From the NCBI GenBank assembly GCA_964016885.1, contig OZ024760.1, positions 25,048,001 to 25,112,000 of the forward strand: DNA of 64,000 nucleotides. Direction: 5' to 3'. The position numbers and the translations under genes were made by a program. The notes under the pieces are model-generated. The model saw only the letters and a program-made list of their open reading frames with translations, made no database searches and was not told where the DNA came from. The DNA comes from Eledone cirrhosa. Taxonomy: Eukaryota. Shown here one piece after another: positions 25,741 through 40,139 of this stretch (its first letter is position 1; every line of letters begins with the position of its first letter).

Positions 25741-28700
25741 TTCGTCTACAGCGTGATGGTGCCACGCTAAAATCACCGGGGGTGATGAAATCACCGGTAG
25801 TTATGTAACCATACATTCACCAATCCTCGATATGAGTGCTTAAATGGCGAACCTAAACAGTTCGAATAACGGTGAAGTGGAGACTGGAATGTCATGTGAT
25901 AGTCTTTTGCCCAGCAGGTGCTCCCTGGCCCAGCAGCAGGGACCTGGCTGTCACCCAATACTGCTGGTATTGGAGGAAGAAGAAGAAGGAAAGGGACCAG
26001 AACCAACTGGACGAAAGAATTGAATAGAAATGTTATACAATGTAACCTGAAGAGTAACCCCAATGAAAAAGGCTATAGGAAACGGATACATAATATCTGG
26101 AACGAGATTGGTCTATTTAAATTAGATGAACAAAAATTGGCCGGGCAGGCTCGGGTAATAAAAACTAATGGGTGGATAAGCGAGCTGGAACTGGAGGAAC
26201 TGAACAGAGAGATTATGTTGGAAATGGAGAGTGGAGTATGCCAGGCAAACGAGCCAGTGGGAAATGAAGTTGAAGAGGTTGAGAGATCGGAGGAACCATC
26301 CGAAGCAGACAATGATCTGAATGCTGAAATAAATAATACCTGGAACAAAGATACGGCCATTGAGGAAATGAATGCTGACGGGCTAGGACAAGATTTGGTT
26401 GATATCCTAAACTTAGTGGTAGATGAAATGAACAATGATAGCGGAAAACCTATGAACCTAAGATTTGTACACAGGAAAAAGTTAAAAGAAACAACAGCTA
26501 AGGTAAACGAAGTCATCCCATACCTTGAGGCGAGGAGCCTTCACCAGTGCAACAATAACCTCAAAGCAACAGCAAATGCGGTGAGGAAATTACTTGGCAT
26601 AAAAGCGAGAGGAAACAACAAACAAGAAAGATCAGAACCTTGGTGGAAGAAACGACTGAATGGTCAAATCAGGGAAATGAGAAATGACATTGGAAAGCTT
26701 GAGTCCCTACTGAGTGGGACACTAAAAAAGATAGACACTATATATGGAGCAGGAAGTTAAACATAATGATCAGGCAGTGTGGATTGAGACAGTACAAAAG
26801 GAGATTAGTGAACAGGCACACCGACAAACTGATTTGAGTATCACAGTTAAAACTCTTAAGGGGAAGGCCAAAAAACTAACCAACTGGAAATCACCAGGCC
26901 CAGATGGTGTACAGGGGTATTGGATTAAAAATATAACATCCCTCCAACCGAAACTGACAACCATGTTCAATGACTGCTTGATGTCAGGTGAGGTACCCGA
27001 GTGGTTGACAAAAGGTACCACAGTTCTGGTAATGAAAGACCGAATCAAGGGTAATGATGTTACCAACTATAGACCTATCACATGTCTGTCCGTAATGTGG
27101 AAACTGCTAACAAGCATTGTGTCTGAGGAAATCTACCATCACCTCCATATTAGCAACTTGTTACCGGACGAACAGAAAGGATACCGAAAGAAGTCCCGTA
27201 GTACAAAGGACCAGTTACTTATTGATAAGAAGGTAATGAGGAATTGCAAGAGGAGACACACTGGTATTGCCATGGGATCGATAGACTACAAAAAGGCAAT
27301 TGACATGGTGCCTCATTCTTGGATCACCAAAAGCCTGGAGATTTTCAAGGTGGCAGATAACATCAGGCAGTTGTTGAGCAAAAGTATGAAGTCCTGGAAA
27401 ACAGACTTAACATCGGCTGGGGAATCCTTGGGAGGGGTGAAGATCAAGAGAGGTATCTTCCCGGGAGATAGTCTGTCCCCTCTCTTGTTTGTCCTTGCTC
27501 TGATGCCCCTGACCATTATACTGCGCAAAGTGAGAGCAGGATACAAGTTGGGAAAGAGAGAGCTTACCATCAATCACCTCCTCTTCATGGACGATCTTAA
27601 GCTCTTCGGGAAGAGTGAGAAGGAGTTGGATGTGCTTGTTGACACTGTCCGTATTTTCAGCAATGATATATGTATGCAATTTGGTATTAGTAAGTGTGGA
27701 GTCCTTGTGATGAAGAGAGGTAAATTGAGCAGAAGCAACGGAATCCAGGTACCAACAGGTGAGATGATAAAGGAAATTCACACTGAAGACGTATACAAAT
27801 ATTTAGGTGTTCTGGAGGCTGATGACATCAAGAACAAAACAATGAAGGAATTGATAAGATCTGAATACATTCGGAGAATAAGGAGCATATTAAAATCACA
27901 TCTGAACAGTAGGAATCCCACAAGTGCAGTACATTCCCGAGCTGTGTCTATTATTAGGTACAGTGCGGGAATTCTGAGATGGAATGTTGCTGAACAAAAA
28001 GAAGTGGATAGGAAGATTAGGAAGCTATTGACTATCTACAACATGTTCCACAAGAGGAGTGATGTCGATAGACTCTACTTAAGGAGATCTGAAGGTGGAA
28101 GAGATCTTATCAGCATAGATGACTGTGTTCATATGGAGAAAAACAACCTACACAAATACGTGACTGATAGTAGGGAGCCAATGCTGAGAATTGTACTGAA
28201 GGAGAGGACAATAGAACAGGGGATGTCCAAGGAGGAAATAACAACAAGGAGAAAGAGCAACCTTCATGAAAAATCCCTTCATAGTACCTTCTTTGAGAAA
28301 ACTGAATTCACAGATCCACAGACATGGAACTGGTTGAAAATAGGAGACCTTAAAAAGGCTACAAAAGGAATTCTAATGGCTGCTCAAGAGCAGGCCCTCA
28401 AAACGAAGTAGCTGAAACGCCATATTTACAAGGAGGAGGCTAGCCCACTGTGTAGGATCAGTGGGGAGAGAGAGAGAGAGACTGTGGCTCACATTGTATC
28501 CGAGTGTAAACATCTAGCCCAGGCTCACTATAAAGGCTGGAGACATGATGTGATGGGCAGGGTGATCCCCTGTCACCTATGCAAAGTAAAAAAGTTACCA
28601 CATTCTGAGAAGTGGTATGAGCATAAGCCAGAGTCGGTGAAAGAAAACGATCATGTGAAGGTGCTGTGGGATTTTAGGATACAGATGGACAAGAAACTGG

Positions 28701-29102
28701 AACACAATAGACCTGACCTGGTGGTTTTGGACAAGGAAAAAAGATCGTGCCTGATTGTGGTTATAGCCTGCCCATTCGACACAAGAGTGCAAGAGAAGGA
28801 GAGGGAGAAAATTAACCGACACCAGGACTTAAAGTGGGCGGTAAAAAGGATTTGGAACTGCCATGAAGTCAAAGTGGTCCCGATTGTCATAGGCGCACTA
28901 GGTACTATCTCAAAAAGTTTCCAGGGATGGTTAAAGAAAATTGGTCACGCCCTGCTTTTTGGAACACTCTAAAAGGCATGCTTGCTGGGAACACCAATAA
29001 CCCTACGATACGTCCTGAATATCCGAGGTTGCAGGTAGTGGCTTGATATTCATTTCAACAAACTTTCCAGTTAAATAACATCAATGACTGAGACTCAAAG
29101 AA
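25741..29102 (+). mobile_element. Near full-length, disrupted R4/Dong-type LINE
   Basis: ORF pieces 25918-26760, 26744-28411 (PGPDG, YRPITCL, GDSLSPLLF, FMDD) and 28484-28972 (RHD, RPDL). There is a frameshift or deletion near 26750 and a stop at 28411. Same 3' UTR as 17470-18640, ending in (AAT)n. Confidence 0.92.
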
Positions 29103-29116
29103 CAATAATAATAATA

Positions 29117-29252
29117 ATGTTTTCTACTTTAGTCACAAGGCCAGGAATTATTCCAGTGAATTACTGGTACTTTATTTTATCGACCCAGTAAGGATGAAAG
29201 GCAAAGTTAACCTCGGCGGGATTTGAACTCAGACTGCAAAGGGCCGTGACTC
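29117..29252 (-). mobile_element. Dominant SINE, 5'-truncated
   Basis: Core TGGTACTTTATTTTATCGACCC..AAGGATGAAAGGCAAAG and B box. Further partial copies lie at ~25346-25430, 34320-34470, 36457-36547, 40563-40638 and 51420-51500. Confidence 0.85.
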
Positions 29253-29314
29253 TATAATAATAATAATAATAATCATAATAATAATAATTATATATATATG
29301 TGTATATATATGTA

Positions 29315-29352
<38 letters not shown>

Positions 29353-29413
29353 AATGTACATATATATAGATATATATACATACATACAATAAAACTCTCC
29401 TCCTACATTACAT

Positions 29414-29514
<101 letters not shown>

Positions 29515-29580
29515 AATCAAGAAAGCAGAGTGACACGGTTGACTATAAAAATAATCTGTTATCCCGTATATATATATATA

Positions 29581-29684
<104 letters not shown>

Positions 29685-30188
29685 CATGTATATGTATATA
29701 TATACCTATTACACATCTATGTATTTATATATCTCTATATGTGTGTCTTTAGGTATATATGTATGTTTGCATGTATGTGTATGTAATTTTATGCCCACGC
29801 AATGTGATTTCGTTTCTGCGCATGCGTGTGACATAGGCGATGCACACGAATCCTGCCCGCCATTTATAAGTTGGTTGAGAACGACCAATGAAAAAAGACC
29901 AGCGTAATTAAAAAAAATATACAAAGACATATTCAATAGGATATAGAATATAAAATGGCGACTTTATTTGTTGTTTCCCCAAATGATTTGTGTTTTTCTT
30001 CCTGTTGTTGTTGTTGCTGTTGTTGATGTGGTTCTTGTTGTTGTTGTTGTTACTGAAATATATCCGATAATCTGTGTTTCAACTTATTTATTGCGTGCCT
30101 AACGTTTGCATAATCGTTATTAATAAATAAATATATATATATATATATACAGTATATATATACATATATATATACAGTATATATATAT

Positions 30189-30243
<55 letters not shown>

Positions 30244-30297
30244 TATATATATTCATATATGTGTATACATATATATAAACATATTTGAATATGTATG

Positions 30298-30401
<104 letters not shown>

Positions 30402-31059
30402 TTGTATGAATACATGTATGTATGTGTGTATGTATGTGTGTGTGTGTGTGTGTATGTGTGTGTGGGTGTGGATGTGTAGGTGTCTAATGTAACGTTTAAT
30501 GTAACTAGATACAATCATTTTGTGAACAGAGTAAACGAGAAGTTATGCGGCACATTCGCTTTTTAATGTTCACCGTTAGAATCGTGTAAAAAGGTTTCAT
30601 TTTATCGCTTGCCGAAGGCAACATGTATAATGGCCGCTTAGATGAATTGTGAAGGAAATTTAATAAATATAAGAAGAAAAGCTTGCTTCATTACTACTAA
30701 AATTACCGCCCTTACCACAGACTCTTCATACTTTGCCACACTTTGCCAACCTTCACACATCTACCACCGGCAGCCATTTTCACTAGAAAAGCTAATGAAT
30801 TGTTTTAAAAAATGTAAATGACGAGTGATATAAAAATTAATAAAATAACGAAGATATACAATCAAGCTTTCACAAAAATATATACACTCATATATATACA
30901 TACATACGTACATGCATACATATGTACATACATATATGTAAATCCAAGTACATGGATAAAATAAAGATTATAAACAGGAAACACACGTGTTTGTGTGTAC
31001 CTCTATATACATAAATATGAATGTGTGTATTCATAAACGTGTTCGTATGTATGTTTATA

Positions 31060-31140
<81 letters not shown>

Positions 31141-31226
31141 TAGTGTATAATGGTAGCTATGATGCTTCCATAGACGGTATGCCAAAATTAACACTCAATA
31201 TTTATACAGAGTAGAGTGTGAATATA

Positions 31227-31296
<70 letters not shown>

Positions 31297-31301
<5 letters not shown>

Positions 31302-31551
31302 GGTATTTAATTTGTTGGAAGTCAGACAAATATAAAAGTTTATAACTGATTTAGAGCACTCAACAGTTTCTCAGCACTCCAGTGAATTTCCGACCGATAA
31401 GGTATGATTTTCATGGGTATGTTTCTATTTATAAAACAAACTTTGTATTTTATCTGATGAAAGCGTACCAATGATGCCTTGGTTGCTCTTGAAATATATA
31501 TAATAAAATAAATATGGTTTTATAAATATAGTTTTCATTTATTTAAATATC

Positions 31552-31553
<2 letters not shown>
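31297..31553 (+). mobile_element. ~255-bp hammerhead cassette in (TA)n, family A (HHR 31446-31510)
   Basis: Close match to 40140-40406. TATTTTAT-CTGATGA-..ACCAA/TTGGT..-GAAA-TATATA-TA^ATAAAATA. Confidence 0.8.
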
Positions 31554-31627
<74 letters not shown>

Positions 31628-31637
31628 TATATATATC

Positions 31638-31740
<103 letters not shown>

Positions 31741-33506
31741 CCGCACGCCATCTCACAGTCTGTGGCCTACTCCAATGCCACGGAACACCCGCCCATCGCC
31801 TTACGGTCGAACAACGAACTTTCTTCATCTTACAGACCCACACTCCCCCCGGCCTGAACTCCCCACCCTTATTCCTTTAGCGTTCTTCCGCCCTCCTCCC
31901 CCCACACTTATCCCCCACTAACACCACTAACACACCCCTCCTTTTCACTGCCCACCCCACACTAACAATACTAACACCTCCACTCCACCCCTCATCTGAC
32001 CACCCTTCCCCAACTAACATACTAACATCCCTTCCCTCCCCTCTTCTCGTCCTCCCCCTCCTTATCACACGCACACACCCACCGACACATATATACACAC
32101 GCTCACACTAAACACACACCCTACTACCACCAGTAACCCTCACCCCCACACCTCTCACCTCCACACCTCCATCCCACCACCCCGCAACTAACCTCACTAA
32201 CACCCCCTAACCCCAAGCACACGAACACACGCACCCACTTACACCCCTCCCACACGCAACTAACATCACTAACACCCATCAACCCCACGCACACGTACCC
32301 ACACACCATCGTACACCACCAACTCTACACACCCTACCACCACTAACCCCCACTCACACCTGCATTCAACCCCTCCCCATCTCCCGTATACTAACACCCA
32401 CTAACACCTCTTCATCAAACTACACACACACCAGTACACCACACTCCCTCCATAGAACCACACACACCCTTCTCTCCCCGCTCCACCCACACGCTCGCTC
32501 CACACTCACTCATCCCACTAACACCCCTACTAATACACACACACACACCCTCCTCACTCCAACTTTCACACCTACCCATCCTCGCCCCCTTATCATTCCA
32601 CCGACTGCTGCTATGCCCTTCTGACCACCTCCCAGCACCAACAGACCACAGCACTCCCACTGCTGACCACTTCCTGTTGCGCGCGTACCCCACATTTCTC
32701 CTCTTCCGACCACCAATTCATGGATTACCCACACGCAGAAATTGACTTATAACCGATCCTCTAAACATCCTTGGAACTTACCAACTTTTCAACCATCCTC
32801 TTACGTAATCACCTATATAGCTCACCCACACACACACCCCCCAAAAATGTTTTTCCCCACACGCCACCCACACCCACAACACGCTTAAACCCCACACACA
32901 CGTGCTTCCCACCACATATTTACACCCTCAGCCTCCTGATTCCTCTCCCCACCCCCTATCCACACACGCACAGACACTCCGACCCACAAAAACACCCCCC
33001 ACACACACCTCTTCCTGAACATGCAACCCCGTTCTTCCCCCAACCCTTACTTTCACATACACACACACACACACACACGCACATCTACACACACACACCA
33101 CCTTCAGCCCTCCCCGCTCGGACACCCCGTCTCCCTCTCCCCACTCCACCTGCCACCACCCCTACAACCCCCACACCCTTCCGCCACCTGTTTACACCCC
33201 TTTTAATTTCAGTTTATTTTTATCATGCCTTTATTTTTAAATTTTCTCATTCCTTGTATTTTGATCATTCTTTATTTTTATTTTTTATCTTTATTTGTTA
33301 TTTTTTCATTCGCACCGTTTCCTTTCGCTATATGTCTCTCCACCACTCCCCTACACACCTTTTGAACTCTGTCCCCACACACTTCTCACCTGAAGAAGGG
33401 CTTATGCCCGAAACGTCGTCCCCCACCTACCCCCAACCTCCTGAACGTGAAATTAATAAACATTTATTGTACTGCCTCTCTGTTTTGTCCCTGTTCACAT
33501 TTTTCC

Positions 33507-33510
<4 letters not shown>
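31741..33510 (+). mobile_element. Penelope-like element 3' end: GIY-YIG C-terminus, C-rich 3' region, hammerhead, AATAAA
   Basis: 31750-31860 translates to [37 protein letters not shown]. The HHR core CTGAAGA-A-GGGC ttat GCCC-GAAAC-GTC is at 33390-33417. Bounded by (TA)n. Confidence 0.8.
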
Positions 33511-33600
<90 letters not shown>

Positions 33601-33789
33601 CATATATATATATATATATGTATATATATATTCAGGGATTCATTTTTCCATTACCATTACAAGGGGTTTGACGAGCCACGGATTACAGAGTCGGGTCAAA
33701 TAGGTACAGATCGAAACTTGAGCTGATCATTGGCGAAACGCAAGTCACCGACCAATAAACGTAATGTTATTTTATTTCACTATATATAT

Positions 33790-34095
33790 ATACACTGAGG
33801 ATGAAAAACTCAGAGCTGTATGGGAGCCTCCCAAAAGTCAGCTCAAAAGTGACACAGAGGAGACTGAGGTTAGCTGGACATGCTCACCGACATCCAGAGT
33901 TGACATTGCACTCAGTGCTCCTGTGGGATCCCCTACATGGAGACACTGGATGAGGAAGACCAAGGTTAAAATAGTTTGATGCCCTAAGGACAGACACTGG
34001 TCTGTTGGAGACGCAGGACATGGCAGCGATAATGAGGGACAGAGACTGCTGGAGAGAACTCGTCCATGGATCTCGGGAATTTTACCCGCCCTAGA
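33790..34095 (+). mobile_element. RTE 3' fragment, ~300 bp
   Basis: Reverse-complement match to 13238-13540. Confidence 0.9.
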
Positions 34096-34544
34096 AATAG
34101 ATAGATAGATAGATAGATAGGTATAGTACTCAATACTTGGGGTAGTTTAGTATAGTTATATTATAAAGCGGTGGCACTCGACGGCTGATCTCTTGCCGTT
34201 TCAATAACGTGTTCTCGTATAGCTAGTGATAGCTGTTGAAACGGCAAGAGCTCAGCCGTTGGGTCCCGTCTCTTTATAATATAATATTTAATGTTCATCG
34301 TTAGAATCTTGTATGAAATTATTTCTGATTTAGGCAAAAGGTCATCGATTTTGGCCTAAGGCAAAGTCAATTAAACATTGCATTACTTATTATTTACTTC
34401 ATAGACGTCAGTAAGGTTTAAAGGCAGAGTGAGTTCGGTGGGGTTTGAAATCAGAACGCTAAGCACCGTAACTAACCCAAAATTCTAAAAACCTTCCCTA
34501 AGTACAAACCACTACCTCCCTACGGACAACTGACGCTGCAAAAC

Positions 34545-34737
34545 AGGGCCGAACACAGAAGAGCCGAACTCCCACTGTCATCGCCTCCATCTCTCTCACC
34601 CTCCCCATCTCTCATGTACACCAGATCCGAACATAGAAGGGCCGAATTCCCACTGCCATCGCCTCAATCTCTCTCGCCCTCGCCATCTCTCACCTGTACA
34701 CCAGGTCCCAACACACATATGTTCGGACCTGTGTACA
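34545..34737. repeat. ~78 bp tandem duplication ending in a hairpin
   Basis: CCGAACA.AGAAG.GCCGAA.TCCCACTG.CATCGCCTC occurs twice, then GTACACCAGGTCC...GGACCTGTGTAC. Confidence 0.65.
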
Positions 34738-35247
34738 TACATTACACATTGGTCATAATTCTGACAGAATTAATATGACTATGAGGAAATATTCTTACAG
34801 GACTACTAGATATTTCAACTTGCCTGTCATAACTTACTAAATCAATAGAGACGTTTAACTCAACTACTAAACTACTAAACTACTAAACTTCCAAGGCACT
34901 AGCTACAAATATGCGTTGCATAAAGTCCATTATTCTAACTATCCTTAAAACCATAATCCACACCCCACCATGACAGCGAGACCGAGGAAACGTAAGATGT
35001 ACAGTGTGACATTCTAGAAATGTACCCGGGATTCTTTGATTGATTAGGGTATTTAAACAACAGCTTGTTACTGGTCAACAAACTGACTTTACTACATGGG
35101 AAATCGATTAATTTAATCTGTGAACTGGCTAATGTGTCAAACAAATGAAGGATAGGAGTCTCAAAATGAAGAGATTGCAGATTCCAGATAAACGGTCCAA
35201 TGCAGTGAGTGCGTCGACTGGTGATGGTTACTTCCTCTCAGTAAAAG

Positions 35248-35348
35248 CACTGCCTTGCTCAAGGACATAACGCATCGCCCGGTTCGGGAATCGAACTCAC
35301 GACCTCACGATTGTGAATCCAATTCTCTAACCACTCAGCCACGCGCCC
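35248..35348 (-). mobile_element. tRNA-headed CORE-type SINE fragment
   Basis: GGCGCGTGGCTGAGTGGTTAG (A box), GAGTTCGATTCC (B box), then TGTCCTTGAGCAAGGCA (CORE-like). Weaker relatives at ~15520-15617 and ~57911-58050. Confidence 0.7.
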
Positions 35349-35911
35349 CCACAACCTTCTCCCTGGAGTTGCGACCGATAGATAGTATTAGCAATTGGAA
35401 AGATCAATGGAAACATTGATTCCTCGGTCCGATTTGACGAAAGTCGATCGAGAGTCTATATTGTTATAATATTGCCAGAAATAATAACAGAACACACTCA
35501 CTGTTTGGTTTGGGTTGGTTTTCGCCTAAAAATGGCGTAGACATTACCATACAGCGGGAGGAAACATAATAGAACCATTGGTGATGTCACAGATGTGTGA
35601 CGAAAGAACTTTGATATACTCTATATACATATATATATATATTTATATCTGTATTTTTAACAGTTGGTCAATCAATAATAAACGTTGATTGCCAAATAAA
35701 TTAACGATGGAGATATAAAAGATACAGAAGTGAAAACCAACCCAGACCAAACAGTGAGTGTGTTCTGTTATTATTTCTGGCAATATTGTAAAAATATGAC
35801 ACTCCCCAAATATAACAATATTTGTTTCGACACACGATTTCATATCAACAACCTTGCAAAACACACACCACACGCACACAAACACAAACACAAATACAAA
35901 CACACACGTAC

Positions 35912-35954
<43 letters not shown>

Positions 35955-35991
35955 CACACATACACACATACACACACACACACACACACAG

Positions 35992-36022
<31 letters not shown>

Positions 36023-36087
36023 AATACATATTTGTAAACTTAGAGGAGCAAACATGTTGGTCCCCCCACATATATAAATGTAAATAC

Positions 36088-36125
<38 letters not shown>

Positions 36126-36555
36126 CCTTTTTGAATTTGTTTTGCGACATTTGTTTTCTGATAATCTGTATTGAAACATATATTGTTGTACTTTGGGAGG
36201 GTCATGTTGCCAATAAAAACACACGCACCAAAAGTTTCCGGTTGGTTGGTTGGTTGGTTGGTTCGATAACCGGAAGGTTGTTTATATATTCTCAAAGCTC
36301 TTTCGTCACACATTCTATGACCTTCTCAGTGTGTCTCTCATTTGTTCCGCTCTACGCCATCTCTAATTACCGAAATATGACATTTTTGACAGTTTTCTAA
36401 ACAAAAGTTGATAATAATAATAACAACAACAATAACAACAACAACAGTAATATTAATTGTTTCTACTTTTGGCACAAGGCCAGCAATTACTCCAGTACAT
36501 TACTGGTACTTTATTTTATCTACCCGTAAGGATGTAAGGCAAAGTTAAAATAATA

Positions 36556-36604
<49 letters not shown>

Positions 36605-36606
36605 AT

Positions 36607-37845
36607 AAATTCGGAGAGTAAGGAGCGTATTAAAGTCACATCTGAACAGTAGGAATGCCATAAGTGCAGTAAATTCCCGAGCTGTGTCTATTATTAGGTA
36701 CAGTGCGGGAATTCTGAGATGGAATGTTGCTGAACAAAAAGAAGTGGATAGGAAGATTAGGAAGCTATTCACTATCTACAACATGTTCCACAAGAGGAGT
36801 GATGTCGATAGACTCTACTGAAGGAGATCTGAAGGTGGAAGTGGTCTTATCAGCATAGAGGACTGTGTTCAGATGGAGAAAAACAACCTACACAAATACG
36901 TGACTGATAGTAAGGAGCCAATGCTCAGAACTGTACTGAAGGAGGGAACAATAGGCCAGGGGATGTCCAAGGAGGAAATAACATCAAGGAGAAAGAGCAG
37001 CCTTCAGGAAAAATCTCTTCATAGTACCTTCTTTGAGAAAACTGAATTTAGAGATCCACAGACATGGAACTGGTTGAAAAGAGGAGACCTTAAAAAGGCT
37101 ACAGAAGGAATGTTAATGGCTGCGCAGGAGCAGACCCTCAAAACGAAGTGGTTGAAACACCATATTTACAAGGAGGAGGCTAGCCCACTGTGCAGGATCT
37201 GTGGAGAGAGAGAGAGAGAGAGGAGAGACTGTGGCTCACATTGTATCCGAGTGTAAACACCTAGCCCAGACTCACTATAAGGGCTGGAGACATGATGTGA
37301 TGGGCAGGGTGATCCACTGGCACCTGTGCAAAGTAAACAATTTACCACATTCTGAGAAGTGGTATGAGCATAAGCCAGAGTCGGTGTGAGAAAACGATCA
37401 GGTGAAGGTGCTGTGGGATTTTAGGATACAGACGGATAAGAAACTGGAACACAATAGACCTGACCTGGTGGTTGTGGACAAAGAAAAAAGATCGTGCCTG
37501 ATGGTGGATGTGGCCTGCCCATTCGGCACGAGATGCAAGAGAAGGAGAGGGAGAAAATTAACCGATACCAGGACTTAAAGTGGGAGGTAAAAAGGATTTG
37601 GAACTGCCATGAAGTCAAAGTGGTCCCGATTGTCATAGGCGCAATAGGTACTATCTCAAAATGTTTCCAGGGATGGTTAAAGAAAATTGGCCCCGCCACG
37701 CTTTTTAGAACGATTCAAAAGGCATGCTTGCAGGGAACAGAAAGAACCCTCCGATACGTCGTGAATATATGAGGCTGCAGGTAGTGGCTTGATATTCATT
37801 TCAACAAACTTTCCAGTTAACTAACATCAATGACTGAGACTCAAA

Positions 37846-37848
<3 letters not shown>
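36607..37848 (+). mobile_element. 5'-truncated, decayed R4/Dong-type LINE (third copy)
   Basis: Colinear with 17470-18640 but with stops and a (GA)n expansion. (AAT)n lies on both sides. Confidence 0.9.
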
Positions 37849-37899
<51 letters not shown>

Positions 37900-37900
<1 letters not shown>

Positions 37901-38372
37901 TGCAAATAGACGTAATATAATATTGAAGGACTTTAAAAAGAGGGTATGCTTGCTAATTGATATGTCCGTTCCAATAGACAAGAATGTATGTATCTATAAA
38001 AACATTTGAAAAATTCAGCAAGTATAAGGACCTGGAGATTGAAATTGGAAAAATGTGGAAATTGAGAACTAAAACAATACCATTGGTTGTAGGCGCTCTA
38101 GGAATGATACCTAAGGGGTCTAATGATTACTTATCGCAAATCCCAGGAAACCCGCGTATAGGAGAAATACAAAAGATAGTACTAATGGGAACTGCCCATA
38201 TACTAAGGAAGATTCTGTCAATATAAGTACATCACAAGTCTAAACACCTAAAGATGCATGTGTGTGTATGTATGTTCTTTCTTGAACATGGCGGACCTTG
38301 TTGTCTCTTGAGGTCACTGGTTGTGACTTGGTGATAACTCGTATGAACATAAAGCAAGATAAATGCAGCTGT
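37900..38372 (+). mobile_element. 3' fragment of a second R4/Dong-like family
   Basis: EKFSKYKDLEIEI..MW...IPLVVGALG...LMGTAHILRKILS (RLE C-terminus), inserted within (AAT)n. Confidence 0.8.
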
Positions 38373-38486
38373 AATAATAATAATAATAATAAAAACACTA
38401 ATAATTTCACGATTGTCATGTGTAGATAATACTAGTACTACTATTACTACTGCTACTGCTGTTGCTGTTGCTACTACTACTACTAT

Positions 38487-38518
<32 letters not shown>

Positions 38519-39469
38519 ATAATAATAATTTTACTATTACTGCTACTACTATTACTTTTACTACTACTACTTCTGCTGCTGCTGCTACTACTTCCGTTAC
38601 CACTACTATTACTACTACTACTACTATTACTACTACTACTACTACTGATGCTGTGCTGTTGCTGCTACTACTACTATTACTACCACTACTACAACTACAG
38701 CTACTACAGCTACAGCTACTATTACTACCACCGCCGCCACCACCACCACCACCACTACCACTACTACTACTAATACTACTACTACTAGTAATATTAATAA
38801 TAATAATAACAACAACAATAATAATATTAACTACAACAGCAACAGCAACAACAACAAAAGTAACAACGACAATAACAACAGTAACAACAACAATAACACC
38901 ACCACCACCACCACCACCACCACCACCAACCACAACAACAGTAACAACAACAATAACACCACCACCACCACCACCACCACCAACCACAACAACAGTAACA
39001 ACAAGAGAAACACGAGATAATTTTTCGCTATGAGGTTTCTTCAATAATGATAAATTGATCGTGACAGTCTTTCGCAGAAGTAATCATTCGTTGAAGATGT
39101 TGTCTTGTAAAAAAAATAATTAGCCGAAGAGAAAAAAAATAGTTAAATCGACGAAACGGAGACTCGTTGATTGTCTTGTTATGCCGAAAACGGATAAGAT
39201 AAATGGACAGAAAGTTCAGTTTTTAGGTCAGTATATATGTCATCCTCTTGTGTGACAGTTATGTCAAAATGTGGTAAACGGATGTCACCCAGCGCCTGTC
39301 CTGATGATTTTATGTCGAATGAAACAGTTCTAGTCCCGTAGAAGCCATTTATTTCTATATTAAATATTTATACTCTGCTATGTAATGCCTTGCTTACTGT
39401 GGTGCTTTTATACATATATATATATACTGTATATATATATATATATATATATACTGAACACACACACAT

Positions 39470-39549
<80 letters not shown>

Positions 39550-39616
39550 AAATATAAATATAAATATAAATATAAATATAGTTTCCATTTGTTAATATCG
39601 TATATATATATATACA

Positions 39617-40093
39617 TACAGCCGTACTAAGAGTGAGAAATGAAATTTTGTTTCATTTTTTCCGTTTATCGTTTTCGGTGCGCCCGGCCGATTAACTCAC
39701 TCGATATGCAAATTAGGCTGCTCAGCCGTTAATATGCATAAGGAAAGTATATACTTTCAGACGTTCAATCATCTGGCAGGAAGGTATACGTTGCTGACGA
39801 TAGCCAATAAGCTTGAAACTAGTACAGCGTTCCTTTGTCAGTGTTGAACAAATGAGCAACGATTGTTGCTAGACACTCTACGGCTTAATTCGGTATGTTT
39901 GTTTACAAACACACCGAGCATTATAATAAATGTTCGGTTAATCCATACGTGCATATATATGTGTGTGCATGTATGTATATATATATACATACTACTGCGC
40001 GTCTGTATACATCTATGTATGTACGTATACATACCTATATTTATTTAACAGCCGTACTAAGAGTGAGAAATGAAATTTCGTTTCATTTTTTCC

Positions 40094-40098
<5 letters not shown>
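39617..40098 (+). mobile_element. ~480-bp cassette with ~50-bp terminal direct repeats and an internal hammerhead
   Basis: ACAGCCGTACTAAGAGTGAGAAATGAAATTT.GTTTCATTTTTTCCGTTTA occurs at 39617 and 40048. A related reverse copy lies at ~58158-58370. Confidence 0.7.
39788..39830 (+). ncRNA. Minimal type I hammerhead ribozyme motif
   Basis: ACGTTG-CTGACGA-T-AGC caataa GCT-T-GAAAC-TA-GTA^CAGCGT, with palindromic ACTAGT stem III. Confidence 0.75.
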
Positions 40099-40136
<38 letters not shown>

Positions 40137-40139
40137 TAG

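Noticed and set aside
35270-35348. tRNA gene
   Set aside because: A and B boxes are present, but the acceptor stem is poor and the sequence runs into a CORE-like SINE body.
39295-39340. CTGATGA...GAAAC as a hammerhead, and similar partial cores at 9529, 14550, 41228 and 59436
   Set aside because: Stem I or II cannot be formed, or GAAA is missing.
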